A stretch of 64,000 nt of DNA from an uncultured Acidobacteriaceae bacterium (GCA_963843625.1 CAWJLK010000004.1:30255-94254); one strand, 5' to 3'; counted from the stretch's first letter, positions 20,114 to 30,687 are shown. Notes: generated by a model not told the origin, from the sequence alone. A program made the numbers and translations.

Positions 20114-22267
20114 ATGAAGGAGAAGATCTTGCGCCGGACAATTCTGGGGATCGCAGCAATAGTGATTAGCGGAACGATGCAGCTCATTGCCCAGCAGGTC
20201 CATCCCCGTCCTGCAGAGTCGCTCAAAGATCGGTTGCTCCAGCACGTCCACGCAGGCCCTGCGACAGCCAGCCCTCAACGTACTCCGGAAGCAGTCTTCG
20301 ACGCTACCAGCCTCGGTTCCCCGCTACAGCTTGATAAAGGCTGGCGGGTCGGAATCACCGCCAATCCTGCAGCGGCAGAGACCGGCTTCGACGACTCCAC
20401 CTGGGCTCTGCGCGATGCCGAAGAGTCGTTTGCCGACGTTCCCGATGAAGATCATCCCGTGGGCGCTCCCGCTTCGAACCCCACATCCGGTGTTCCCGCC
20501 GGCCATCACCGCCCCTTCGTCTGGTTCCGGCTACACATCAAGCTCGCTCCAAACCACGGGCCGGTTTCGCTGCTCGTCGAGCTTCCATTCACGCCGAACC
20601 ACTCCCTGGACCCGTCTTCTCATGCGCTGACGATGGAGGTCTTCGCCAATGGCCGCCAGATACAGCCTCAGGGAGAACACCCGGACGACCCGGAGATGTA
20701 TGAGCCGATCTCCCGCATCTACGATCTGAATCTCGCTCCCTCTGAAACCTCCCTGACACTCGCGGTACGAACCATCTACATCCCTTTTGGGCCGGCAGCC
20801 TATACCAACTTTTTTAACAATCGCGCCCTTCGCCTGGGCTATCCCGGCGAGCTCAACCGCGAATTGGAGTTGTGGTCCGCACACGGACTCTTTGAGCGGC
20901 TTCCGCGCCTCATCACCGCTCTCTTGCTGGTTGCGCTGGCGCTCTTCCTGCTCACTCTCTATTTCACGCAGAAGGGCCATCGGGAATATCTGTGGCTGGC
21001 CCTCTACGAGGCCATCCAGGCGCCCACTGCGTTCGTCGAGTTGGCCGGAAGCTCGGCCCGCCTTGACCAGCTTTGGTATGCGGGCGTGACTTTGCAGCTG
21101 ATTGTCATCTCGGCCTATCTATATTTTGAATTTTTGATCGCCTTCCTGTCGCTACGGCGGCGCTGGTTCATCCAGATCTTTCGATATACCTCACCCATCC
21201 TGGCATTTGTCGGCCCGTCTTTCCTCCTGGTTGGCCACTACCCAAGCCGCACCACCGGTTTTGTGATAGCGATCATATGGCTGCTCTGCCTCCTGTGGAT
21301 GATCGGTTGGCTGATCTTCATCTTCCTCACTCTGATCTTCGCTACCTACCGCCGAAACTTCGAGGCCGGGCTTTTGCTCATTCCGCTGGTGCTAAGCGTG
21401 GTGGGCGATGCTGAACTCTCGCTCACCAGCGGAATGGTCGATTTCGGAGCAGGCTCTTACCACTCGCCTCTGACCTTGCAGGCGGGCCCCATCCCCATCC
21501 ACTTCGCGTCGATTGCCGATGTTACAGGCATCATGGCGATCGTGCTCATCATCTTTGTTCGCTTTCTGCGCGTGCAGCGTGACCAGGAGCGTGCCTCCAA
21601 CGAACTCGCCGCCGCGCGCAGCGTGCAGGAGCTGATGATTCCTCAGGAGAAGCTCGAGACCCCCGGCTACGAGATCGATTCGGTCTACAACCCGGCCAAT
21701 GAAGTGGGCGGCGACTTCTACCATCTCAAATCCACCTCCGACGGCGGACTGCTGGTGGTCATTGGCGATGTCGCCGGCAAAGGCCTGCAAGCCGCCATGA
21801 ATGTCTCGATGCTGATGGGCGCACTGCGCAGTACGCCGGAACGAAGCCCGGCGAAGATCCTCGAATCGCTCAATCGCGTGCTGGTGGGCAGCGAGAGCTT
21901 CACCACCTGTCAGGCCGCATGGTTTGGCCCCAGCGGTGAGCTTGTATTGGCCAACGCGGGCCATCTGCCGCCCTACCTCAACAGCCAGGAGGTCGCCCTC
22001 CCCGGCGGTCTTCCTCTGGGCGTACTCTCGGTCGTCAGTTATCCCGAGGTCCGGCTCTACCTTCATCCCGGAGACCGCATCCTGCTGATGTCCGATGGAG
22101 TGGTCGAGGCTCGTCTGCCCTCCGGCGAGCTCTTCGGCTTCGACCGCGTTCACAACCTGAGCAACCAAACCGCTTTCTATATCGCTGATGCCGCCAAGGA
22201 ATTCGGCCAGGAAGACGACATAACGGTCCTGACCATCCGGCGCCTGAGCGAGGCGGTTGCAGCGTAA
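20114..22267 (+). CDS. Membrane sensor PP2C/SpoIIE-family phosphatase (periplasmic beta domain, multi-TM region, PP2C)
   Basis: Signal peptide, about 7-8 TM segments, ELAAARSVQ, VGGDFY, IGDVAGKG, NAGHLPP, SDGVVEA, QEDDIT. Confidence 0.9.
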   Translation: MKEKILRRTILGIAAIVISGTMQLIAQQVHPRPAESLKDRLLQHVHAGPATASPQRTPEAVFDATSLGSPLQLDKGWRVGITANPAAAETGFDDSTWALRDAEESFADVPDEDHPVGAPASNPTSGVPAGHHRPFVWFRLHIKLAPNHGPVSLLVELPFTPNHSLDPSSHALTMEVFANGRQIQPQGEHPDDPEMYEPISRIYDLNLAPSETSLTLAVRTIYIPFGPAAYTNFFNNRALRLGYPGELNRELELWSAHGLFERLPRLITALLLVALALFLLTLYFTQKGHREYLWLALYEAIQAPTAFVELAGSSARLDQLWYAGVTLQLIVISAYLYFEFLIAFLSLRRRWFIQIFRYTSPILAFVGPSFLLVGHYPSRTTGFVIAIIWLLCLLWMIGWLIFIFLTLIFATYRRNFEAGLLLIPLVLSVVGDAELSLTSGMVDFGAGSYHSPLTLQAGPIPIHFASIADVTGIMAIVLIIFVRFLRVQRDQERASNELAAARSVQELMIPQEKLETPGYEIDSVYNPANEVGGDFYHLKSTSDGGLLVVIGDVAGKGLQAAMNVSMLMGALRSTPERSPAKILESLNRVLVGSESFTTCQAAWFGPSGELVLANAGHLPPYLNSQEVALPGGLPLGVLSVVSYPEVRLYLHPGDRILLMSDGVVEARLPSGELFGFDRVHNLSNQTAFYIADAAKEFGQEDDITVLTIRRLSEAVAA

Positions 22268-22330
22268 CTACAGCCTGGGCGGTTGTCGGAACTCTGCCAG
22301 TCAAAACACTGCCTATTCGCGATGAAGCAC

Positions 22331-22361
22331 AAAAAAAGCCCCCTCTCCGTGGGAAAGGGGG
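22331..22361 (-). terminator. Intrinsic terminator on the minus strand
   Basis: Minus strand CCCCCTTTCC-CAC-GGAGAGGGGG-CTTTTTTT. Confidence 0.75.
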
Positions 22362-22525
22362 AAAGAAGGTAAGAACAATCCGAAGCCAAAGCAAAACCAC
22401 CAACGATGTATCCCGGAACGACAAACTCAAGCCGCACGGCTAACAGAGAGCGACGGTCTTCAATGACGCGAATCAGGTTACAGCATCGCTGGCTTTGCTC
22501 GAGGAGCACCGCATCGTCCAAACAC
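22331..22525 (-). ncRNA. Candidate rod-like structured sRNA or long 3' UTR
   Basis: Long-range pairing 22373-86 with 22506-19 and 22390-408 with 22484-99, using G-U pairs valid only on the minus strand; ends in a U-rich terminator. Confidence 0.4.
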
Positions 22526-22570
22526 ATGAGTACAGCAATGGATGGTATGGATCGCCGACTTGGCGGATTT

Positions 22571-22894
22571 CTAGAGGTCGATGCGGACGTTGCTCAAAAG
22601 AATCGTCTTGAGCACTTGCTTGCCATCCTGGGTGTCGGTGGAGACGCCCTTAAAGTCGTTCTTCTGTTCCATGACCTTCGCTGGAACCGTGACTGGCGCA
22701 ACGCCTTTCTTTGCCAACGTGACCTGCGCGCTTGTGCCGGAACCGGTCCAGGTTACCTTGTAGTCCCCGGCGGGCAACTGGGTCGTTCCAACTTGTACGG
22801 CGGCAGGAACCGTCACCGTTTGCGATTTGCTAGCGGCCAACGCGGGAACAGCAAGAAGGGCACAGACAAATAAGAATCCAAAATAACGCTTCAT
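22571..22894 (-). CDS. Small secreted beta-rich hypothetical protein
   Basis: SD GAGGAG, signal MKRYFGFLFVCALLAVPALA, motif VGTTQLPAGDYKVTW. Confidence 0.8.
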   Translation of the reverse strand: MKRYFGFLFVCALLAVPALAASKSQTVTVPAAVQVGTTQLPAGDYKVTWTGSGTSAQVTLAKKGVAPVTVPAKVMEQKNDFKGVSTDTQDGKQVLKTILLSNVRIDL

Positions 22895-22979
22895 GTTTTT
22901 CTCCTCAACTGCCCCGCAGATCTTGCGAAATACGCGAAGCACTTGACCAAAGTAGACCATTGTATGGGCGATTTGAAGC

Positions 22980-24333
22980 TTAAGAAAGTTTAAGCGCCTC
23001 TGCCGTCTCCATCGGAATCGAAATGCGGACGCGCAGACCCGGCGACGCATTCTCAGCCTTGATCGTTCCCCTGATGCAATTGCACTGCACGCTTGGCAAT
23101 CGACAAACCGAGTCCTGAGCCACCGCCGTTGGAGGCACGCGCCTCTTCCACGCGAAAGAAGGGGTCGAAGATCCGCCCCAGCAACTCGGCATGAACTCCC
23201 GGACCGTAGTCACGCAAAACGATATGCGCCTGTTGATCGGATTCAGAGAGAGCCAGATGGATCGTTGAATCGCGCGGCGAATATCGAATCGCGTTGCGCA
23301 GCACATTTTCGATCGCCCTGCGCAGCAGCTCCCGATTGCTCACAAGATCCCGCTGCAGCGAGCCTTCTACTTCGATACCGCAACCGCGGGCGTCGGCTTC
23401 CACCGAACAGTCGTGCACAACCTCGTCAACGATCTCCCGGAGCGCCACTGGGGCCATCTCCTGCAAAGCCGGGTCGCCTTCGACGGATGTGATTTCAAGA
23501 AGATCGCTGATCAGGCATGCCATGCGGTTGATATCGCGCTCGATTCGATCCAGCGCCGCATCGCTGTCCTGCGACGTTCTAGCTAGTTTTACTGCAAACT
23601 TCAGGCGAGCGAGCGGCGAGCGGAGTTCATGCGATATGTCCGCCAGCAGCCTTCGCTCGCTCTGGATCAGCCTTTCCAGCCGCTCTGCCATTTGATTGAA
23701 CGAGCGGCCAAGCTGTCCGATCTCATCCTCGCGCTTGGTTGGAACGCGAAGCGAGAGATTGCCCTTGCCAAAAGCGGCAATGGTGGAAGCAACTCTTCGA
23801 ATCGGCAACACAATGCCGATCCAGGCTAGCCAGCCAAGAATGCCCGTAGCGCCAAGCACGATGAAGTAGTAGGGCAGGAAGGTCCAGATGGTGTGCGGAC
23901 GGCCGAGCTGGCCCGTTGCGGCGAACCAATATCTCCCATCCTCTGACCGGTGCGCGATAATCCAAGACCCGTGCACATTGGTCCGCCATTCGCTTGTCGA
24001 TCCAGGAGGAAGAAGATATCTTCGGTCCTCCCCCGAAAAGAGATCGACCCCGGACGAGTTCAGTAAATAGTGACCTCCTCCGAAAGTCGCGTCCAGGCGC
24101 TTTAAATACTCATGCAAAGCCGCTCTGCCGCTCTCTTCGTAGGCATCCTGCGCGCTTCTCAACTGCAGTTCGTCAAATCTTGCAAACAGCGGGTTGAGCA
24201 GCTTCGTCTGCATGCGGCTTGAAACGCTGTTAAAGGCGACAAAAGAGGCGGACAGAATAACCACCATCGCGAGCAGCATGCGCGCGTTCAGAGACCGTAC
24301 GGTAATGGCCTTAATCTTTTCCAGAAAGGACAT
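22980..24333 (-). CDS. HAMP sensor histidine kinase (CpxA-like); frameshift near the C-terminus
   Basis: Two TM segments, HAMP (DEIGQLGRSFNQMA), ISHELRSPL, NVLRNA, DYGPG, IFDPFFR, GSGLGL. Confidence 0.92.
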
Positions 24334-25006
24334 AGCCAACTCCACGAATCGCGCGAATCAGGTTCCGGCCACATTTCAGCTTCTTGCGCAAATGGCTGAT
24401 ATGCACATCGAGGAAGCGATCGTAAGGCGTGGCTTCACGCTGAAACAGCAGCGCCGTAATCTCCTCTCGCGAAACGACACCGCCCTTGGAGCGCATCAGC
24501 AGCTCCAGCAGGTCAAACTCCATCGCGGTCAGATCCACCTGAGAGTCCCCGCTCCATGCCTCGCGTGTGGTCAGATCGATGCGGATCTTGCCCGCCTTCA
24601 GGGTTGAGTTCCCTTGTCCGATTGCAGGCGAACCCCGCCGCAGCACCGCCTGAATACGCGCCATCAGTTCATCGGGATCGAACGGTTTCGGAAGATAATC
24701 GTCGGCGCCCGTGTTCAGTCCGTGAATCCGGTCATCGCGATGGACGCGCGCCGTCAGCATAATCACCGGCAGGCTCTTGCTGCGCCGCAACTGCTGGAGG
24801 ACGGCGAACCCATCGATCTCCGGAAGCATGACATCCAGGATCAGAAGATCGTAGCTGCCGCGGAGCGCGGTCGCAAGTCCCTCGCGGCCGTTGTGAACGG
24901 AATCCAGAGAGTGCCCGGCGCCGCCGAAGAACTCCTTCATCATCCCGCATAATTCGACGTCGTCATCCACCAGCAGCAACGACAACGGTTTTTCACCAGT
25001 TACCAT
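24311..25006 (-). CDS. OmpR/CpxR-family response regulator
   Basis: LLVDDD, LDVMLP, MLTAR, GADDYLPKPF, winged helix DVHISHLRKKL, RGVGY. Confidence 0.94.
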   Translation of the reverse strand: MVTGEKPLSLLLVDDDVELCGMMKEFFGGAGHSLDSVHNGREGLATALRGSYDLLILDVMLPEIDGFAVLQQLRRSKSLPVIMLTARVHRDDRIHGLNTGADDYLPKPFDPDELMARIQAVLRRGSPAIGQGNSTLKAGKIRIDLTTREAWSGDSQVDLTAMEFDLLELLMRSKGGVVSREEITALLFQREATPYDRFLDVHISHLRKKLKCGRNLIRAIRGVGYVLSGKD

Positions 25007-25231
25007 TGCGACGGTCTCATGCTCTGCTACCTCAAATGGGATTGCCAGTCCAAATTGTCGCATAGTTCTGATTTATCTTGGGGCCAGCTAACAATTCTTA
25101 AGGTTTCTCCGCAAAGAGAAACTCGATCCTTACACAAGAACGCCCCACCCAAACGGATGAGGCGTCTTTGCTTTTGCGACCAACGGGAGCGACTGCCCCA
25201 CCGCAGGTGGCGGATGCCCCGCCGCAGGTGG

Positions 25232-26572
25232 CTAGTCGTAGTATTCGAGGCCAAGGTGCGTGATCAGATCCGCGCCCATGATGTGCCGCAGCGTGTTCTT
25301 CAGCTTCATCGACTGAATGAACAGATCGTGCTCGGGATAGAGTCCCGGCGCGCTCTGCGGCGACTTCAGATAGAAGCTCAGCCACTCCTGAATGCCGATC
25401 GAACGCAGCGACGGCGTGCGCTTGGCCAGATCCAGAAACAGCACCAGATCCAGCGCCACCGGCGCGGCCAGAATCGAATCGCGGCAGAGGAAGTTCACCT
25501 TGATCTGCATCGGATAGCCCAGCCAGCCGAAGATGTCGATGTTGTCCCACGCCTCTTTGTCGTCGCCGCGGGGCGGATAGTAGTTGATGCGGATCTTGTG
25601 GTAGAGATCCTTGTAGAGGTCGGGGTAAAGCTCCGGCTGGAAGATGTATTCGAGCGATCCCAGCTTCGACACTTCCTTGCTCATGAACGATTGCGGATCG
25701 TCCAGAACCTCGCCGTCGCGGTTGCCCAGAATATTGTCTGAGAACCAGCCTCGGACGCCAATCATGCGCGCCTTCAGAGCCGGCGCCAGAATCGTCTTCA
25801 TGAAGGTCTGGCCGGTCTTGAAGTCCTTGCCGCAGATCGGCGCGGCGAACTTCTTCGACAGCGCGACCATGGCCGGAAAGTCCACCGTCAGCCCCGGTGC
25901 GCCGTTGGCAAAAGGCACGCCCTCGGTCAGAGCCGCATAAGCATAAATCTGCGAAGGAGCAATCCCTGGGTCGCTGTCATCCAGACCCTTTTCGAAGGCC
26001 TCGATCGTCTGATGCACAGCCGTCGGTTCGAGGTATATCTCGGTCGATGCGGCCCAGATCACCACCACGCGATCCACGGTCTTTTTGAAGGCCTGGATGT
26101 CGGCCCTCACCTGCTCGGCCAGATCGCGCTTGTTCTTGCCCTTCTTCACGTGCGTGCCATTCAGGCGCTTCACGTAATACTGGTCGAAGACCGCCGGCAG
26201 AGGCTTGATCTTCTCCAGGTAAGGCTTCAGTTGCGCCAGCGTCTTTTCGTCCAGAACCTTGGCGTGCGCGGCAGCCTCGTAGACGTTGTCCTCAAAGATG
26301 TCCCAGCCCGTGAAAACAATGTCGTTCAGATCGGCCAGCGGCACAAAATCCTTGATCTTCGGCGATTTGTTGTCGGTGCGCTTGCCCAGACGAATCGTGC
26401 CCATCTGCGTCAGCGAACCGATCGGCTTGGCCAGTCCCTTGCGGATGGCCTCGACTCCGGCGATCATCGTGGTGGAGACGGCGCCCAAGCCCACCACCAT
26501 CACTCCCAGTTTACCCGTGGCGGGTGCAACCGTGCCTGCTGCCTTCTGGCCGCCTTGCTCTTCAGTTCCCAT
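25232..26572 (-). CDS. ino1: Myo-inositol-1-phosphate synthase
   Basis: VGLGAVSTT, GSLTQMG, GWDIF, GKDFKTGQT, NILGNRDG, YYPPRGDDKEAWD, CRDSILAAP. Confidence 0.93.
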   Translation of the reverse strand: MGTEEQGGQKAAGTVAPATGKLGVMVVGLGAVSTTMIAGVEAIRKGLAKPIGSLTQMGTIRLGKRTDNKSPKIKDFVPLADLNDIVFTGWDIFEDNVYEAAAHAKVLDEKTLAQLKPYLEKIKPLPAVFDQYYVKRLNGTHVKKGKNKRDLAEQVRADIQAFKKTVDRVVVIWAASTEIYLEPTAVHQTIEAFEKGLDDSDPGIAPSQIYAYAALTEGVPFANGAPGLTVDFPAMVALSKKFAAPICGKDFKTGQTFMKTILAPALKARMIGVRGWFSDNILGNRDGEVLDDPQSFMSKEVSKLGSLEYIFQPELYPDLYKDLYHKIRINYYPPRGDDKEAWDNIDIFGWLGYPMQIKVNFLCRDSILAAPVALDLVLFLDLAKRTPSLRSIGIQEWLSFYLKSPQSAPGLYPEHDLFIQSMKLKNTLRHIMGADLITHLGLEYYD

Positions 26573-26684
26573 CGTTTCTCCTAACTTCATTCTGATGGCC
26601 TCGAATTCCGAGGCGCTTTTGAACCTTTTACCGGCGAATGGAACAGTTTAAACCCTGCCGCGCGCCTACGTCTCAAATACCTTC

Positions 26685-27323
26685 TTACACCGTCTCTGCC
26701 CGCCGGCCGCGCTTCAGATGCGACCATACAAACCACACAATCCCCACCAACAGAACCAGTTCGACTCCCAGGTGAAAGCGATGGAACGCCGCATAAAATC
26801 GCGGGTCGGTATGCCATGCCTCGCCCAGCTTCATCCCCGCATAGGCCAGCGCAAAGCACCACGGCCACGAACCGACAAACGTGTAAATGTGAAAACGAAG
26901 CTGCGGCATCTTGGCAATGCCCGCCGGAAATGCGATGAACGTCCGCACCACCGGCAGCAGCCGCGACAGCAACACAGTGATCGATCCATATTTGTTAAAA
27001 AAGACCGTCATCCGGTCCAGATCGTGGCGGTTCATCAACACCCACTTGCCGTAGCGCTCCACCAGCGGCCGACCGCCCTTGGCGCCGATCCAATACGCAA
27101 CCACCGAGCCCAGATTGCAACCCACAGCCCCGGCAGTCGCTGCCCAAAAGAGGCTGAAGTGGCCCAAGTAAACGAGATAGCCGGCAAACGGCATGATGAT
27201 CTCAGAGGGCAAGGGGATGCACGCCGATTCGATCCCCATCAGCAGGAGAATGCCGCCATAGCCACCCATGTCGATCACGTGGGTTACAAACTGAACCAGA
27301 AAACCAATTATCTTTTCGCTCAT
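26685..27323 (-). CDS. DedA-family membrane protein
   Basis: ESACIPLPSE, YWIG..GGR, SRLLPVVRTFI..PAG. Confidence 0.92.
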   Translation of the reverse strand: MSEKIIGFLVQFVTHVIDMGGYGGILLLMGIESACIPLPSEIIMPFAGYLVYLGHFSLFWAATAGAVGCNLGSVVAYWIGAKGGRPLVERYGKWVLMNRHDLDRMTVFFNKYGSITVLLSRLLPVVRTFIAFPAGIAKMPQLRFHIYTFVGSWPWCFALAYAGMKLGEAWHTDPRFYAAFHRFHLGVELVLLVGIVWFVWSHLKRGRRAETV

Positions 27324-27377
27324 GGGCGTTATCAGTATATAGGGCTGAACTCAGATTCAGCTTCTCTGAGAATTTCC

Positions 27378-27429
27378 GTGCCCACCCTTTCCTTTTTTTC
27401 TGCGGAAAGGGTTGGAAACCGCGAACCCC
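27378..27429. repeat. REP-like hairpin
   Basis: GTGCCCACCCTTTCC...GCGGAAAGGGTTGGAAACCGCGAACCCC. Confidence 0.7.
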
Positions 27430-27599
27430 GACAGCGCGTGCACATCGTTGATGAAGTTCTTGTTTTTGTAACTAATGAAGAAGAGTGATGTGGTTTGATC
27501 TCAAAGCCGAAGGCATCTTCCCACGACATTGGCCGACCAACGGGAGGCGTAGGCCTGGACGGCAAGTCCTGCTACCATGATGGGGTATTCAAAGGAGAT

Positions 27600-28437
27600 A
27601 TGCCTGTGGCCGGCTTCCCCCCTGTTCCGCTTACCTTGGAAGGCTCATTCCTCCTCCACCAGTTCTTCCGCTTCGACTGGAAAGCCTGGCGGCGACTCAC
27701 TCCCACCGAACGCGAACGCGTCGCGGCCCACGCCGTCACCGCCCTGCGCCATCTTGAACGTGAGTCTCCGAATGCGCCCCTTCGCTCGGCTCTCTACTCT
27801 CAGCTCGGCCACAAAGGCGACATGATCCTCATGCACTTCCGCCCCACGCTCGATGCACTCAATCAGGTTGAACTCGATCTGGCCCAGACCGAGTTGCACG
27901 ACTTCTTCGAGCTGCGCCACTCCTACGTCTCGGTCGTCGAACTCGGCCTCTACGAGTCCACTCGCAAGAGCTACGAAGCCGCCGCCGAAAAGGGCCTCGT
28001 CGAATTCACTCCCGAGTGGAACGCCGAGATCGCCGCCACGCTCGACCGCCAACTCGACGCCATGGCCCCGCGCCTCTTCCCCGTCATTCCCGACGCGAAA
28101 ATACCTCACCTTCTATCCCATGGACCGCAAGCGCGGCGAGCAGGCAAACTGGTACACCGTGCCCTTCGCCGAGCGCCAGCGCATGATGCACGAGCACGGG
28201 CTGATCGGCCGCCGCTACGGCGACCAGGTCAAGCAGATCATCTCCGGCTCGATCGGCATGGATGATTGGGAGTGGGGCGTAGACCTCTTCGCCAACGACC
28301 CGGTGGTCTTCAAGAAGTTGATCTACGAGATGCGCTTCGACGAAGTCAGCGCAGTGTATGCCCTCTTCGGCCAGTTCTTCCTCGGCATAAGACTGCCGAT
28401 AGAGAAGCTTGGGCACTGGCTCAGCGGCAGCCTGTAA
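27600..28437 (+). CDS. hemQ: Coproheme decarboxylase (chlorite dismutase-like family); frameshift near 28097
   Basis: TLEG..LLHQ, GHKGD, SYVSVVEL..Y, FYPMDRKRG...NWY, MHEHG.IGR.Y, GMDDWEWGV, YEMRFDEVSA. Confidence 0.88.
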
Positions 28438-28506
28438 CTTTGAAAGGGCAGGACTTCAGTCGTGCCGTTTGTGATGGAGGATCAGCGGGGGCTTTAGCCA
28501 CTGAGG
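28433..28506. repeat. REP doublet, second family, overlapping the hemQ stop codon
   Basis: TGTAAC..AAGGGCAGGACTTCAGTCGTGCCG...GGGCTTTAGCC; matches the reverse complement of 38936-39003. Confidence 0.75.
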
Positions 28507-28695
28507 GGAAGCACATAATGCATCTGAATCCAGAAGTGGCTGCACGTATCAATCAGACCGAATATCCTTTACCTCATCTCAATTCAAATAATCGGTGTTA
28601 GCCAGTTGGAGATTGTTGTTCGAGAAGTTATCGCGAATGAGAGTGGCAAGATCTCCCACACGTCAAGTGGGCTGCTGGCGGTATGATTCAGAATC

Positions 28696-29454
28696 ATGCT
28701 ACCTTACGTTCCCCCAGTCAACGCAAAGCCGTTAGATTTGCGGAGCCCATTCCTTAAAGTTAAATGGGCCAAAGATCAAATCAGCAATCTGAATGAGAAG
28801 CGGCTCGCGTTCGTGGCGAATCGTTACCTCGGCGTTCCCAAGTTCAATGTTGAAACGGATGTTACGGAGTTTATCTTGGGTGAAATCCCTGCGATCAATC
28901 CTGAGATTAGCTTGATGGTCGGCGATATCGCGCACAATCTCAGGACGGCATTGGATCACCTCACCTGCGAGCTTGCCAGAAGTGTTGGGGTGTCTGATCC
29001 AAGAGTCTACTTTCCTATCTGTGAGAGTGCGGAAGTTTACAAACGAGAATCTGGCGGAAAAACAAAAGGCATTCCTCCGGAAGCCAAGGATGTTTTCGAC
29101 CGAATCGGTCCATACGGAGGACACAATGATTACCTCTGGGGACTGCATGAGCTTGACCGAATCGACAAGCACCGACTGGTTCTGACGATCACTGCAAAGA
29201 CCGGCGGATGGAGTGCCACTCTGGATGGAACGAGCCGGGATTACAGTTTCGCCTTTAGCTCTGAATTGAAAGCGGGAACAGTGATCGGGGAGGTCCCGGG
29301 AAACCATGAATCTGCCAAAGAGATGAGCGTCACCCCGGACATAGCGTTCGGCGAACCCGAGGTTTTTGAAGCGAATGCCCTTTTCCCCACGCTTGCGATT
29401 GTTGCCCAGTTGGTAGAAGTGACCCTTATTCTGTTCGGACCAAATCCTTTGTGA
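28696..29454 (+). CDS. Hypothetical protein, possibly HEPN-like; lower GC than flanks
   Basis: Intact 252-aa ORF with GDIAHNLRTALDHL, FPI and LHELDRIDKHR motifs; AT-richer codons. Confidence 0.7.
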   Translation: MLPYVPPVNAKPLDLRSPFLKVKWAKDQISNLNEKRLAFVANRYLGVPKFNVETDVTEFILGEIPAINPEISLMVGDIAHNLRTALDHLTCELARSVGVSDPRVYFPICESAEVYKRESGGKTKGIPPEAKDVFDRIGPYGGHNDYLWGLHELDRIDKHRLVLTITAKTGGWSATLDGTSRDYSFAFSSELKAGTVIGEVPGNHESAKEMSVTPDIAFGEPEVFEANALFPTLAIVAQLVEVTLILFGPNPL

Positions 29455-29461
29455 GAGCCGC

Positions 29462-29513
29462 GTGCCCATCCTTTCCGCTTTTTTCTGCGGAAAGGGTGGG
29501 ATACCACGAACCC
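29462..29513. repeat. REP-like hairpin
   Basis: GTGCCCATCCTTTCCGC...GCGGAAAGGGTGGGATACCACGAACCC. Confidence 0.75.
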
Positions 29514-29979
29514 TGATAAACACGTCGATCGTTCTCACCCAACGTCGGATAGCCCTTGCCCCTCTTCTGGAACCTGGTAAACCCGAGCCGAAGGCGTACG
29601 CCCCACCGCAGGTGGTTGCAGTCCAGCATCGGGCGCAGCCGCACCCAGAAAAGATGTAAATGCGATTGCTTATCTCAGTGCTGAATCGAAATCACTTATC
29701 CGCGATGTCCATTACAGAAAATTAAGCTCGGACTCCTGCACAATGATTCTGGTGAGAAATCTGCCCGAAGGAGCATAAATAGCGCTCAAATCATCCGTAA
29801 CTCCTTACGCAGCAATATCCTGCGGGCAACTCATTTGTTTTGAATATTTTAGAAAGCATACCCTCTTGTAAACCAAAGAAACAAAGTATCTTACGCGCAG
29901 AATACCGGTGGGGGGCTAAATCGCCGGCATCGAGCCGCGAAGCTCCAGCCATGGCCACTGCGCGGCTAAACTAATCTTC

Positions 29980-30687
29980 ATGCCTCCGTTCGCAAAGAAA
30001 TCGCCGGCGATCTCATCTGCTCCTAAAGCCGCCTCTCGCGGCCCCCTCGCCCCCGACCGCATAGCCGCCATCCTAAAAGCCCTCGACGAAGCCTACCCCA
30101 AAGCCGAGTGCGCACTGACTCATCGCTCGCCCTGGGAACTTCTGGTAGCCACGATCCTCTCCGCGCAATGCACCGACGTTCGCGTCAACCTGGTCACGCC
30201 TGAACTATTCCGCCGCTTCCCTACCCCGCAGAAGATGGCCAAAGCCACCCTGCCGCAACTCGAAGCCCTCATCCGCACAACCGGATTTTTTCGCAACAAG
30301 GCCAAATCCCTTCAAGGCGCAGCCCGCAAGATCGTCGCCGACTTCAACGGTCAGGTCCCGCAGACGCTCACCGAACTAATCACCATTCCCGGCGCGGCCC
30401 GCAAAACAGCCAACGTCGTCCTCGGCGTCTGCTTCAACAAAGCCGAAGGAGTCGTCGTCGATACGCACGTCCTCCGCATCGCCCGCCGTCTCGGCCTCAC
30501 CAAAAGCGACACGCCGCAAAAGGTCGAGCAGGAATTGATGCAAATCCTCCCGCAGAGCCGCTGGATCGACTTCTCCCACCAGATCATCCATCACGGCCGC
30601 CAGGTCTGCCTGGCTCGCAAACCCAAGTGCGACCGCTGCAATCTAGAGCAACTCTGCACATCCAAAGACAAGACCTGGCAATCGTAA
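29980..30687 (+). CDS. nth: Endonuclease III
   Basis: LLVATILSAQCTD, HhH PGAARKTANVV, VDTHV, Fe-S motif C-x6-C-x2-C-x5-C. Confidence 0.96.
   Translation: MPPFAKKSPAISSAPKAASRGPLAPDRIAAILKALDEAYPKAECALTHRSPWELLVATILSAQCTDVRVNLVTPELFRRFPTPQKMAKATLPQLEALIRTTGFFRNKAKSLQGAARKIVADFNGQVPQTLTELITIPGAARKTANVVLGVCFNKAEGVVVDTHVLRIARRLGLTKSDTPQKVEQELMQILPQSRWIDFSHQIIHHGRQVCLARKPKCDRCNLEQLCTSKDKTWQS

Noticed and set aside
25193-25232. Direct repeat TGCCCC(A/G)CCGCAGGTGGC x2 after ino1
   Set aside because: Two adjacent copies without a unique spacer; not a CRISPR array.
28518-28601. 27-codon ORF MHLNPEVAARINQ...
   Set aside because: Its putative SD comes from the REP end; no other support.
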